From the human T2T-CHM13v2.0 reference genome, Homo sapiens: DNA of 64,000 nucleotides. The notes under the pieces were generated by a model. The model had not been told where the DNA came from. It saw only the letters and a list, made by a program, of their open reading frames with translations, and searched no databases. Positions 41,886 through 56,579 of this stretch are shown piece after piece; positions within the stretch are counted from its first letter, which is position 1, and each line of letters starts with the position of its first letter. The position numbers were made by a program, and so were the translations under genes. Location of the stretch: assembly GCF_009914755.1 (NCBI RefSeq), contig NC_060933.1. One strand, 5' to 3'.

Positions 41886-44800
41886 ACCTGATCCTACCCA
41901 TCTCCAACACTCACAAACACGATTACCAAGGCAAAAGGCTTCAGGGCTACCAATGTGATAGGCAACTGATACGAACTTAGTACTTCTTTTTCTCAACCCC
42001 CATTTAAAAGCAAATCAATTATGACAGCGGCCATCATACTGCAAATGAAATTCAACATATTGCCATAAAATCTTTGTTCATATGCACATCTTCCATGTAG
42101 AATTACCGCCATTTCGGTGAGAAGTGTAAGTACCACATTTTCATTTATTCTCTTTCACCAAAAATTATATTCTAAAAAGACACAGAAAAAGAAGGCAGAC
42201 TTACTGTGTGCAGGCTCTGTGCCAAGTACCCAATTCCACACATTTACCCAAACAACGCTTTAAGGTGATTTGGTTTTTTCCACCCAAGAAAACAAAACCT
42301 CCAGTCTCCAAAAATACAAATGATACCATCAAGTCTTTAAGTAAATTTAATTTATAAATCACTTGCGGGTTTCTCTTTTTAAAGTACTTTACCTCTAAAA
42401 TTATTTCACAGTTGCAAATATATTGCTTAAATTATGCTACCCTAACATTCCAACACTCATCTGGCTTGTTACATTTGGTAAAATTAAACACATCCTGATG
42501 AATTCCTCTACTACAGAATCTAGTCATCGAATCCCACGGCAAAGAGCTATCAAATTCACTGCATCAAAACTACATCCAAACATTGACATTTCCCTAAAAT
42601 ACATGTAATAAAACCTCTCAGCAAACAGAATCAGTCAAATTATTTTCGGCCACCCCGTATGTCAATCAAAAAGATATCATTTAATTTTCCCATCTGGCCA
42701 TTTGTTGATTGTAAATCTTAACTGAAACTGACCAAGAAATCAAAAGCAATTTAATTTTCTTTGAAAGTTTCAGGACAAGAGGTAGTCAGAGACTCAGAGA
42801 GTAAACTCTTGTTATACCTGATAAGCATTTTACAAACACTGTCCTCGTAATGATCCCTTCAAGTACCAACTTCAGGCCATTTCATGAGAGTGAGTTTTAC
42901 ATCTTACAAACTGGGGCTACAGGGGTTACACAAGAGGCAAAAATCAATCTTCCAACCCAGGCCTCTTCAGAGCCCACGTGTGCACACTCCACCCAGCCCA
43001 TTCTTACCGCTCTATCCCCTAATTCCATTCAGCTGAGTTAAAAGCCAGTGTATTTGTCAAGGAACCAAAGTTAATGAGTCTTTATGTCTTTTTAATATTC
43101 TGTTATCACCAAGGTTCTGATTCTAGAAAAACTACATTCTAACATGACAGGGTGACAATGACGGCGAGAATGACCACATTCTACAGATAAAATATTCACT
43201 GCAAATATTTTTAAAAATCTGTACCACTAGGTGGAATTTTAAAATATCTATTTAGTACAACTTCCTATCATTTCTTGGTTTCTGCACAATTTCAGGGTGA
43301 GGGGAGGGTAGTATAAATTACCTAACAGACACCCACAAGTAACATTATCTGTTAAGGTTAAAACTTTAACTACCTTCCTGAGGTATGCTGCTGGGGTCTC
43401 ATTACAGCAGGTAATCTCACATTCCGCCATGCACAACACACTAAGTACCAGCATCTCCCAATTACACTGCAACATAAATCTCAAAGGACATCTGAAAAGT
43501 CTACACAGCTCCTGCACCCACTGCTGCAACACAAGCACCTCTAATGGAACGTGGCAGCTTTCTAAACTAAATATTCACATGCAGGGACAGGGATGCTAAG
43601 CTCCGGCCTTATCTCACATTGAAGAGCGGATGCTAATTAAAAGGCCACACTGACTCGGGAAATGACCGCCCAGACAACTTTAGACACTGTCTGCCATTTC
43701 CCTTCCCAGCTGTCCCAACTTCCAGGACTGCACGACTGAGAGGCAGAGCAGGGGCCCCCGTGCCTCTGGACTTAACATTCCTGTCCGGAGTGGTCTCCTT
43801 CTCTTCTGCCTCCCTGTCCCACCTTTCCTCACACCCCAAGACCAAAAACAATTCATGTGAGGAGTCACATGCAATTTGAGGTGGCTTTATAGTCTCCCAG
43901 ATAGAGTCCATCGGCTCCTCTTCCGCCGTACCCCTACTGCCCACTGTATGGGTACCGTTCTCGACTTTTCATGACATAGTCCCTGCTTGTGGGCCTGTGC
44001 ACCCCTCTCTAGGTTGTAAAGTCACTAAGAAAGGGACCATGTCTTAAAACCAGGCACAGGCCTGATCAACAAAACTCAAGGTGAATGGCATGCAAGCCCA
44101 CCCTTCACATGTCTGAAGGACCACCGTCTATCAACAGTTTACAGAGGGCTTAATGGCAACTCCAGTGGCAACACAGATCTCTTCTGGTGGCGCAGATGCC
44201 AAGAAACTTCCCCTATTACACTCTGCCTTTGCCAGTTTTGATGTGCCTTAGGAGTTTTTGAGAAAGAGCACCTTTTTTTTTTTTTTTTAAAGCTTTCACA
44301 ATAGCAGAAGGTATCCAGGGTATATTTGTTCCGACCATAATCATTTGGCTATTTTTAGAACTGTTTTTACTTCAGCTAGCAAAACCTACACTTGATATAG
44401 GCTGTCATGGAAAAAAAAAAAACCTGTCATAAAGGTAGTAATGGCTTTGAAATATCTCATCCAAGCCAACTTTATTCTCATCCCTCTTAAGAATCGCCAG
44501 TCCCTTCAAATATTGGCAGTTCCGTTTATTCAGATCTTCCGATATATAAAATTTGCTGACTTTTCCCCCCTTGAGTTGATATAGATACATAAAAACTGCA
44601 AAGCTTTTTTTTTCTTGGCTAGAAACAAAACTTCTCTGCCTGCCTGTGTAAAATACAGGGGCATTTTTAAATTACCATATGCTTTAGATCACAAGGTAAA
44701 AACAGTACAGTAGCAATTTAAAACCTTCCAGCCTGTGAAAGCTGACAATTAACTCAGTGAAATACGGTCCAAGCCCTCACGCCCCCCAATTCTTGTAGGC

Positions 44801-47699
44801 AGTGGTCTCAATTAACACCTAAATGCCCTGCATTAGAAGGTTTACCATTTTATAGTTGAGGTTAATTTACATATATCATGCAAACCTACACAGGTACTAC
44901 ATTTAAATATTTGGCCCCAAATATTATTTTAAACTTAATTTTCCACAGAGCTAATAAAAAGAAGAAAAATCTTTGCTAAAATTCTTCATCATGCTTCCGT
45001 GTATATTAGCAAATGTGCAGTGTGTGACTGTCTTGCACACCCATGAACCCACCACCCCCCTTTCTGATATCGCACACCACACAAGTACAATAAACCATGT
45101 GAATATTTCATACCGCTGTGAAATATGCTGGATTATCAATTCAACATCTGCTGTCTTTAGGGTCCGGGAGTCCCGCAGAGACACTTTCAATTTGTAATTG
45201 AGTTCTATGCTGAATTAATCAGCAGTTTATCTTTTTTACTAAAATAATGTCTTCACCACTAAACCAGATTTACATTAACAATTTATGCCAAATTACCTGC
45301 CAAGGCAAAACTTATAAGATTCTAAGCTACAAACCAGTAACACTCGGTCCTATACTTCATTTCTTGTATTTCTTTAACCCATATACAAGAAAGTGGAAAT
45401 CCATTGTTCCAAGAGCTTGCGAAACTCTAACCACAGACGACCTCTTGGATTTCTAACAGAGCCTCACTTTTGATGGTGAAATTCGTGCTGGTTTCCTCCT
45501 CTCCCCCTGAAAGCCACTGTTCAATAAGTGGTTATGATTCCAAATTTTTACCAAATAGAATTCTAAAATGAAATAAAGTCAGTGAATAACAAAAGAGTAT
45601 CTTTTATTTCTTTTCCCAATGAAAATCTTCCCATTCTAAATCTTGGCTTGGCTCAAGTAACCGAAAAAAGACAACCTAGATAAAGGAAGGTTTTTTAGTG
45701 CTTATTATGTACCTGAGACCCAAGTTAGCAAAGGCAATTCAATTTGAAGAGAGCGGTGAAGTCCCATTTTCTCTTTGATATCACGACACAGAACATTTCA
45801 TTAGCAATATCTTCCTTTCAATTCCACCTATACAGTTAAAAGTCTCCAAACACTTACGAATTCAACACTATCTCTGAATCTAGCTCTCACCTCTCTCTCT
45901 GATTCGTCTCTGGTCACAAGACCAGAAGTTTTTTGCTTGCTGGACTTTTGCCACAGGTGCCAGCAGACAACATACTTCGTGAAATATTTCTCCTATATGG
46001 TGTATGTCCCCCTACATTTCAGTTCTAGGAAATATGTAAAGCAAAAACATTGCTTTTTACAAAAACACTGCTTTTGTTCTAGGAAATATGTAAAGCAAAA
46101 ACATTGCATATTACAAATGGAACACCTGCTCCAAAGAAATGCATCATAAATAATTACCTATCAACTACAATAGAATACCTATCCCTTCTTTTCTATCTAC
46201 TTTGCCAATAGCTGCACAAGGAATTCCCACCACCATACACAACAGCCTCTCTCAGTACTGCCTCTGCATTACAGCACCAAGCCTAACAGCTGGTAATCAC
46301 TTGGAACCTGATGACATTCTGCTGATGACATACTGGTTATATGAGAATATGAAATTGGGTGTTTACACAGCAGGGCAGAAGACATGACAGAATTTTCAGA
46401 AATATTTTTGGGAGAAAAATCAACAAAGTCAATAACAAAGCCAATATACCATTTGTTGATATCCTTTCATTACTCCTCTAAGAACTGGAAATAGAGACCT
46501 TCAAAATGTATATAGTCACTTTCCTAAGATTTGTTGATTCTTGAATTCCAGAGACCTGGCCCCAAGAAGGATCCATTCCAAGCTTACGGAGATTTTTGGT
46601 AAACTATGCCTTTCCTTCTCTGTTTCCTTCCATCTAACCCCCTTTTATTTCCTGAAATTAAATGGGAGTAAGTCACACTTTCTAAAATTTCCTTCAACCC
46701 TTCCCCAAAATATGCCACTTTCAACTTTGACTTTTAATAAAGGCAGAATGCAATGGCAAGGGTAGAAATGAGGACCAGCCACCACCATTAACTGGGGTTC
46801 TAAAGATAGAGAGATGAGGAAGACACAGACTTGAACAGAAGAATACACATTCAGTGGCCACTTCTAAGTCCAGGAAGACTAACGAATCCTAGAGAATCAA
46901 GAAAGAAAGAAGCAATTACTTCTAAAATTCCAAACCCTGTATGGTAGGAAGCAAAGTCCTGCTCTTGAATCAGGTGAAAGACCGCATAAAATTTATATCT
47001 GCTCTGTAAGATGCCACAAAATTCAAAAAGCAAGAAGACTGAAGAGGGCAGCCTTAACTCAAGAAGTCCCTTCCTACCTCTCCAAAGCTGGCCACCAGTG
47101 GTCTCCAATGCACAGAGCAAGCTCACTTCTTAAAAGGGGGACAACTCAAAATATCTGGTGCTGGTGGGAACCTTTCACCTTCAACAGAGTTTCTCATCAT
47201 CATCTATTCTAAAGACATAATGGGTGATTTTCCGAATCACCCACTGAACCATAAATGCCAACTTCAGTAACTGTTCACTTCTAAAATTAACTGGTTAATA
47301 GCACTATTAGAAATCACTACTTAGAATAATTCCATACAGGACCCCAGGGATTGTATGTTAGGGTTCAGACATCTCTAAAACCTAACGTTTTATGCTAAAT
47401 AAAGCCAGAGAGAAAATTATTGGGGAAAACTGATACATCTTTTGATCCAATAATAAAGACAATTTATTATGTCTAATGCTTCAGGTCTTAAGGAAAGCCA
47501 ATAAGCAGGAATTACGACCAAAAGCAAATGACAGAAATAGCCTCAGGGGGAGCCTCTGAAAAGGCCCTTTCAATATTTAAACAAATGTACAATCATCAAC
47601 CCAATTACGGCACAAATCCAGTGTATAAAGGAAGCACGTCAAATGTTTCAATTGTCCCATCTAAACGTTTCCATAGTTGCACTAGTTCTTAACAAAAAA

Positions 47700-48465
47700 T
47701 CCATCAAAACCACAATAAGATACCAAGTCACACACACCCACCAGGATGACTACAATCCAAAGGATGATAAGTCTTGGTGACAATCAAGGATAGAGGATAT
47801 ATGGAAGGATATATGGAAAGGAGGACATATAGAAATCGAAACCTTCACACACTGCTAGTGGCACAGACGCTTTGGAAAACTCTGGTAGTTCCACAAAAGG
47901 TTAAACATAGAGTAACTATATGACCTGGCAATCTTGCTCCTAGAATTTCTCTTCCCAAGAGAAATCATAACATATGTCCATACAAAAACTTGTACACCAA
48001 TGCTCATAGCAGCATTATAAATATAGTCAAATAGTGAAAACAATCCAAATGTCCAACTAATGAATAAGTAAAATGTGGTATGTCCATACAACAGAATACT
48101 ATTTGACCATCAAAAAGAAATAAAATACTGATATATGCTACAACACGGGTGAAATATTACACAAAGTGAAAGAAGCTAGGCACAAAAGACCACATATTAT
48201 ATGATTACATTTACATGAAATGTCCAGAATAGGCAAGTGTACAGAGATAGTGGATTAGTTATTGCCCAGGGCTGGGAAGGTTGGGGGAAAATGGGGAGTG
48301 ATGGCCAATAAGAATGGAGTTATTATTTTTTTAAGGTGCTGGAAATGTCCTAAGATTGACTGTGGTAATAGCTGTACATCTCTGTGAATACACTAAAAAC
48401 CACTGAACTACACAGTTAGAACAGGTGAACTGCATAGGTGTGAATTATCAATGAAGCTGTTATTA
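47700..48465 (+). mobile_element. L1MB-type 3' fragment
   Basis: aaaaccacaataagatacca...catatgtccatacaaaaacttgtacac...aaaatgtggtatgtccatacaacagaatacta...gtgaatacactaaaaaccactgaa. Confidence 0.9.
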
Positions 48466-48590
48466 CATAGTAATAGAACTAGGTATCCCACACTTTTAGA
48501 ACAGTAGACCTAAAAAAGTAGTCAAAACATCTGATTAGTTACAAGTCAATCAATAAACTCACACTTTAATATTAATTTTTTTTAAAGCTA

Positions 48591-48899
48591 AGACACCAGT
48601 ACCATGGCTTGTGCCTGTAATTTCAGCTACTGAGGAGGCTGAGACAGTCAGATCACTGGAGGCCAGGAGTTCAAGACTAGCCTGGACAGCATAGTGAGAC
48701 CGCTTATCTAAAAATTTTTTTTTAATTAGCTGAGCACGGTAGCACCCTCCTGTATTCCAGCTACTTGGGAGGCTCAGGCAGGAGGATCCCTTGAACCCAG
48801 GCATTCAAGGCTACAGTGAGTTTTAAGTGTGCCACTGCACTCCAGTCTTAGCAACACAGCAAGATCCCATCTCTAAAAAATATAAATAAATAAATAAAA
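48591..48899 (+). mobile_element. AluJ-like
   Basis: Diverged Alu body with an (AAAT)n tail. Confidence 0.9.
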
Positions 48900-48909
48900 G
48901 CTAGGGATT

Positions 48910-49173
48910 GGCCAGGCACGGTGGCTCATGCCCGTAATCCCAGCACTTTAGGAGGCTGAGGCGGCAGATCACCTGAAGTCAGGAGTTCGAGACCAGCCTG
49001 GCCAATATGGCGAAACACCATCTCTACTAAAAATACAAAAATCAGCCGGGCATGGTGGCGCACACCTGTAATCCCAGCTACTTAGGAGGCTGAGCCAGGA
49101 GAATCACTTGAACCCAGGAAGTGGAGGTTGTAGGCCAACAGAGTGAGACTCCATCTCAAAAGAAAAAAAAAAA
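48910..49173 (+). mobile_element. AluS-like with right-arm deletion
   Basis: Alu body; degenerate TSD aaaagctagggat / aaaagctatggat. Confidence 0.93.
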
Positions 49174-49217
49174 GCTATGGATCACAATAAACAAAAATAC
49201 CAGCATAAATCCTTATC

Positions 49218-49513
49218 CTTTTTTTCTTTCTGAGACAGGGTCTCACTCTGTCGCCCCAGGCTGAAGTGCAATGGCACAACTCACTGCAGCCTTGACTGCC
49301 CTGGCTCAAGCGATCCTCTCTCGCCTCAGCCTCCTGAGTAGCTGAGACTACAGGGATGTACCACCATACCCGGCTAATTTTTTCTGTTTTTTTTGTAGAG
49401 ACAGGGTTTCGTCATGTTGCCCAGGCTGGTCTCAAACTCCTGAACTCAACCGATCCGCCCGTCTTGGCCTCCCAGCATGCTGGGATTACAGGCATGAGCC
49501 ACGGCGCCTGGCC
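49218..49513 (-). mobile_element. AluJ-like, inverted relative to its neighbours
   Basis: Reverse Alu; TSD agcataaatcctta at 49202-49215 and 49515-49528. Confidence 0.94.
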
Positions 49514-50799
49514 TAGCATAAATCCTTAAAAGCATTTAATGAGAAAATAATTTGGGGTCTAAATACACATTCTTCCCCCCAGACAAACGAGATACCGAAA
49601 CAGATGTAACAACCAAATATAACCTTAAAACCTAAAAATCTGGAGAAGTGAGTCAAGTTCAGCTCATTAAGCTGACACCTATTAAAGCGCCATAAGAAAA
49701 ACAGCCTGAAACACCATCAAAACAGATAAGAAAATCATTGTTTATAATAGTTATCGAAGGTCGAGGTTTTTTTGGTTTAATTTTGCATTTACTTAAAACT
49801 CTGTGTTTGATGCCAACAGGGTTCAAGTTGCACAGGAAGGTGCTTCGGCTAAACACGGATAGTCTTCCTTGATCTCCACTGTCTGCTGTGTGGGTTCCGC
49901 CAGCAAACCTCCCAGCGAGTGGTCACCTTCCTATGGAGTCATTAAACCTCTGAATGTCAGCTGGTGGGATTAGCCAGCAGCTTCCACACCTGAGCCCCCG
50001 TGGCAGGGACAGAGGCATTTGGATCAAGATCACTAATGAATACAGAATTCATATGCCGCTTGTCAGGGCTCCTGAGCTCAGAGTCGCACAGATGCAACCT
50101 AAATAAGACGGAGGACAGAACAATCGTTGACAAAGATTAAAAAGTTTTGGCAGTTGGGAAAAAAAGAGCACCTCATTATTCAAATATGATAGTCTTGCTT
50201 ATTTTTTTTTATTTTTGTTCAAGTTATTCATGATTCACCTCAAATGGACAAATGCCATTCACCAATATTTAAAGACTTCTTGGTCTCATTACTAAATCTG
50301 AAGAGGGCTGTGCTGTCTGTACATCAGCTATATGGAGAAAACAGCTCTCCTGTAAAACAGCTCTCTTGTAAATAATATTTGAAAATTTTAAGGGAATATA
50401 ACAATCACAAGCTATTTAGGGTGGAGGGCAGTTTAAAAATGAAAAAAAAAATCTAGAATTAAAAGAAAAAAATGACCTTCCACAGCCAAGTGATTTTATT
50501 ACATTTACTAACATCTCTATCTCTGACTTCCTTAAACTTTTCTGTTCCTGGGTTCCCTCCAATCACAGAGCTGCCAAAGAGCTTTACACACCTTGTCTGA
50601 CACTTGCTTGGCTTTCTGCCGTCTTCACAAGACCTCATCAGAGAAAAGAAACAGCCCAAGCAGCCCACACCTCTGCTCACCTGGAATAAGATGTCTTTCC
50701 CAGTCTTGTTAAAGAATTACAGGAATAAGAAAGTGTTAAAGAATTAAAGGAATAAGATGTCTTTCCCTCCCTGTTGTGAAAGAATGACAAAGAGGCAGA

Positions 50800-50995
50800 T
50801 ATAGCCCAGTGGCTGAACCCATCGGAGGGCTCTAACGTCAGGCTGACCAGGGTTCAGACTCTGAGTCTTCCACTGAGTGTGTGACCTCTGGCCAGTTATT
50901 TGACCTCCCTACGGCCCAATTTTCTTCTCTACAAAATGGAGACAACAAAGTACTGACCTCAAGGAATTGCTGAAAAGTAAATGAAATAATATACC
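50800..50995 (+). mobile_element. MIR
   Basis: gtgtgacctctggccagttatttgacctc...ttctctacaaaatggagacaa. Confidence 0.75.
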
Positions 50996-53364
50996 ACTGT
51001 CTATGACCACCACATATGCCTGTCTCCAATATTACGCTTTCAGATAAGAAGGCCTGTATCTATCTATATCATGCTATAAATTCACCAAGCCTGATGCCAG
51101 CACAAATAATCACATTACTCGTTGCTATGCGATGTTTGTATCCTACTATTGAATAACTAAAAAAATAAAACCAGCTGCCATATTTTAGAGCCAATTTTGT
51201 GTGAGCCACCATCTAAGGTGTTTTTACAGGCCGCATCTAACGCTCACAGCAACGTGCAGGCAGGTCTCTGTTCCGATCGCACAGACAAGGATGCCCCTCT
51301 TCCCAGAGTCCTGCTGTAAGGACAGAGGAAACAGACCTGCAGCGCAATCCTCTAGCTCCCAAGCCCCATGCCCCTTTCCATGCAACCATATTGAACTCAT
51401 ACTATGTTCTCTTTTGGGACCATTCTATATGCCAAATAGCACAATTTTTTAATCAAAATAATGCAGATCTCTCACACTACTGTCCATCTGCAAAGCACAA
51501 ATGAACCTGCAACTCAGTGTCTTCCTAATACTGGACTTACAAAAAAAACACACACACAGTTACTTCTAAGATTTGCTGTCAGAAAACCATATTGGTATCA
51601 ACTCTCATTATTTAAAGTGGATCTATAGCTGCCTGCAATGACAGATTAATTCTGTTTCCTCAGTAGCTAGGTGTTTGGCATCACGCTTGTGAGGTAACCA
51701 CAAGCCTTTAGGGCGATAGCTGCTCACATCTTTAGCAATCTATAAGGGCTTCTCTAGAGGCCAACACTTGCCGAGTGATGAGATATGACTCCATAAATCA
51801 GACGGCTGAAGTGGCGCTTGTATACGTCACCACCTATCTTCATAGCTTCTCTCTGAAGGGTATAGGGTAGGAGCTCATCCCTCGGTATTGCAACCAGAGA
51901 AAGGACCATCACAGTTGGCATTGACTAAGCATGTGCTACTTAAAACTGAAGACACACTAAGACTAGGGGAAAAAAAAGATCCTGCTGGTGTTAGCACGCC
52001 TCAGGCAGTGGTAGAAGCTTCAGCAACTCATCTTCAAAAGGCAGAGAGCCAGAGCTCTAGAAACCTGCAAAAATTGGCTAAGCCTGCAGTCTTCATTTCT
52101 TTAAGTTGAGCATCTTCAAAGTCTAGAATTCTAACTGTAGGGCACAGCAGCTGCCACTGCAGATCTGATCCTCTCAGCTTTTGGCAGCTCTCAACTTGAG
52201 ATTCTAGCAAAAGAATTTTTCAAGTTGCTATTATTGCCTGTCATGGATTTATAAATATTGTGCACTATCTGCTGTGGCATGGCTCTCATGGGACGCCAGA
52301 GCATGCCAAATGCATAACAGAATGAAAAACAGTTTCTATTCTTCAAATAAATGCTAATTTTTTTTAACTGTGCTCACACGATGTGTTTGGTGACCAACTT
52401 CAATAGTACAGAATATGTATCAGAGAGGGGGGAAAAAAGCTGATTGTCTTTTCCAGCAGCATTCAGCTGCTACTTTCATTAAGCTTGTTTAATTAGATTC
52501 CAGATGCTAATTTGCAAGTCGATACCAGAGGGTGCAGGACAGTTTGCCTTTGAATCATCTCCCTGTGATGTGAGGGTCCTGCGCACACCACTACCCTTCA
52601 GCAGCCCTCGCAAGATATTCTGACAATTAGTGCAAAGAGGGGGCAGTATTGATCTTGACAGACTAAATATTAATCTTCTACCCATTTTAATGAATTGTAA
52701 TCTCCAAGAGTTTAAATTTCTCACTAGGCCAAATGAAAACATCCCTTCTTACAAAGAAATAGAATAGAAGGAAAACTAACCTACATTATCGGATTCATTT
52801 AATTCTCTCTCCCCCTTAAATAAAACCCATGTTTCATTTTAGCAATTTTAGCAATTTTCAAGATACATATCTGCCAAGCTAATGCCATATTTCCAGGTAT
52901 CATGATCAAACTCCTTATTTTTAACTGGAAAATGGACTGAAAATGCCCCAGCATGGTTATCACTAGTTTTCCTGTCCAGCTAAGCTAGCCTGTGGGTAAG
53001 AACCAGGACCAGGAGCTGAATTCTTATACCAGCCTTAACAATAGAGAAGAAAAAATCTGGGGGAATGCTCTGAGCAATTCATCATCACCAAAAAAACCTC
53101 TCATATAACTGACCCCTTGTCATCAGGTCAACTTACACATTTCAAAATCCCCTATTCTGGTAATACATTGGTACAGTGTCTGAATAAGCACCTTCACTGA
53201 TAAAAATAAAGCACGAGATTTATCACCAGTAAGTAATACAATTTTTATACCTTCATTTCCATCACAGCTAAGTAGTGTGAACACTAAAGGTGAAATTATC
53301 AAACTGTTTCAAAGGAAGGTTACTCTCAGAATCACTAAGTAAAGTTGTGTTTAACACCTTTTTA

Positions 53365-53480
53365 TCCACCCATTCAACACACACTGGCTGAATACCTACT
53401 ATGCCCCAGTCACCATGCTAGGGCAAGGGAATAGAAACGACCAGGTGTACGCACAGTCCCTGCCCGAGAAGAATTCAGGC
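53365..53480 (-). mobile_element. L2 3'-end fragment
   Basis: cattcaaca...ctgaatacctactatgcccca...catgctagg. Confidence 0.6.
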
Positions 53481-54352
53481 TCACAGCAAGGGAACAAACA
53501 AAAAAATGAAAATTAGAAGACCACTCAAGGTAGCGTTTAGGCCAAAACTGGGTGAGACTTTTTGAAGATTTTTAATGTGCCCTAAACTCACTTGGTTAGT
53601 TGAAACTCAGGAACTGAGGACTTTTACTTGAGGCAAGTCATAGCTCAGATAACTTAAAACAGCAGAAGCCCATCTTGGGCGTTTACGAATCCCAGCTGGG
53701 TTTCACTCTTCTGCTTTTTCGGCCTATAATTTCCCAATGAGCATTTGCCCTTTGCCCCATCTTCATTTTCCCTGTGTCCTTAATGGGGTGTTTGGTTTGC
53801 TGACTCTGTGCCCCAATACTGCACGCTGTTTGAGAAGTGTACTGGTTATCGTCCTCTGTTACCTTGAAAAGATGTTCAGCACTTTCTAGATAAAAAGAAA
53901 AGGTCCCTTCCATTTCCCAGGTGGTTTTGATAACTCAGACTAAGCTCAGGGTTATCCTACTGTCTCAAGGCAACAGACACATACTGAACCTCAGGAGCTA
54001 AGAACAGAGATGACTTCATGGCCCCTGCCCTCAAGGAGCTCCCTCTCTCACTGGCATGGAGGAGATGCCTCTGAAAACAGCCAGAAAACAACAGGACAGG
54101 TGTGTACAGTGCAGCACAGGGACACAAATAAATGAAGCAGCAACAGGGTACTGCTGGTGGGCACCAGTGGTAAGGAGTCCACGGCGAGCCAGTGCACGCT
54201 ATATTCAAAGAACAGTGAGCAGACAAGAATGGCCAAAGGGAACTATGTTCCCCCAAAGTTTAATCCCTGGACTTACATGTGATGGTGATATATGAACCAT
54301 TTTTATTTCTATCAATAGTATGTACCCACTTTCATGTGTCTTGAAAAATATA

Positions 54353-54677
<325 letters not shown>

Positions 54678-54689
54678 TTAAAAAGGTGA

Positions 54690-54860
54690 ATCAAAGTGGT
54701 TGCTGGAAACATGGAGAATGGAACTGCCTGGAAAGGAGCCCTCGGGGGTAAAGGAAACGTTCTCTATCTTCATTTGAGTGCCAAAACCCATTGAACTCTA
54801 CACTCAAGATCTGTGCACTTTATTATATGTAAATTATACCTTAATTTGAGTTAATTTAAA
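54690..54860 (+). mobile_element. Old L1 (L1ME-type) 3' end fragment
   Basis: ggaaacgttctctatctt...ttgaactctacactcaagatctgtgcactttattatatgtaaattatacct. Confidence 0.65.
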
Positions 54861-54953
54861 TTTTCAAAAAAATTAATAGAGCAGGTGGCACCTGGATATG
54901 GCAGAAACCTTAAATGTAGTGTGTAAATGACAAGTTCAAAACGCAGTGATAGG

Positions 54954-55211
54954 CTGGCCCTGCCCAATAGATGTTCTGGTAGTTATGGTTTAAAAAATAG
55001 AATTAGATGATATTTTATTAATATTTTTATTTAGCCAATATACTTGAAACAGTACCATTTAACATATAATCAGTATAAAATTTATTGAGGTGTTTTAAAA
55101 GCTTCTTGTATTAAGTCTCTGAAACCTGGTGTGCGTTTTCCACTTACAGACCCTCTCAACTGACATTTCAAACGCTCGATAACCACGTAAGGTTAGCGCT
55201 GGACAGTGCAG
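54954..55211 (+). mobile_element. MER33-like hAT-Charlie DNA element
   Basis: ctgcccaatag start, tggacagtgcag end, and internal ttttatttagccaatata...taatcagtataaaa...ggtgtgcgttttccacttacag. Confidence 0.75.
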
Positions 55212-56028
55212 CTAGAGATGACGGGAACACAAGACAGGTTTTTAAGGAGGGAGGAACTTGTATTCCATAAATACTATAGTCCAAAGGCCCAGCACTATCC
55301 AAAGTACAGGTTTGGAGATCAGGAAACAGAAAGACTTTGGGCTTCCTCTAATTTGTTATTTGTTTTAACGATAAAGCCAAGAGTTTATTTCATAAGTCTG
55401 GCCTAAAAATTACTGTTGGTTGAACAATTTGTTATTACAACAGCCTAAAACTGCCACTTTGCAAAGCAATTCTCTGTGAGTGAGTGGCAGTTACTGTCCT
55501 GGCAACCCATTCGAGGTGTGAAAGGCAGCAGTGCTATTCTCCTGGCTTTCTGTCTGAGACACATCTTTCCACACTGAAAGGAAACAGCAGGCTTAGTCAC
55601 CCAATTCTGTGGTCTCTAATTAGGCAAGAAAAGTTATCCAGGGCTTTTTGACACAGAAAGAAAGTCTCCCTGGAAAGAAGGAAAATTAAAAGTTTGGAAA
55701 TTTTAAACCAAACTGCCTTTGTTGTTATGAGTTCTATACAGACGCAGAACCAGAAATGACAGACACTTTGGCTGAATCTAAAATGGTGGCCTCTCAACTC
55801 TGCTAGGCAGTCTCAGCCTTCATTTAATATTCACCAAAAGCAAACAGTGTGGTTAGCACAGTTAGTGGCTTGGTCTTCACAATAAATGTTTCCTACTATT
55901 AACATCTCTTTAGATTTTTAAACAATTAATCTGCTGACAGCTGTTATTCTATTATGTGCCTTCTGTTTACTTTTAAACTCAACCACTAAAGAAGAAGGTA
56001 CCACCTTCACCTTAATAAAGTGATTTTC

Positions 56029-56579
<551 letters not shown>

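Noticed and set aside
51775-51860. C/D snoRNA-like boxes (GTGATGA...CTGA)
   Set aside because: On the strand opposite the host gene PSMB7, with no convincing terminal stem or recognisable guide.
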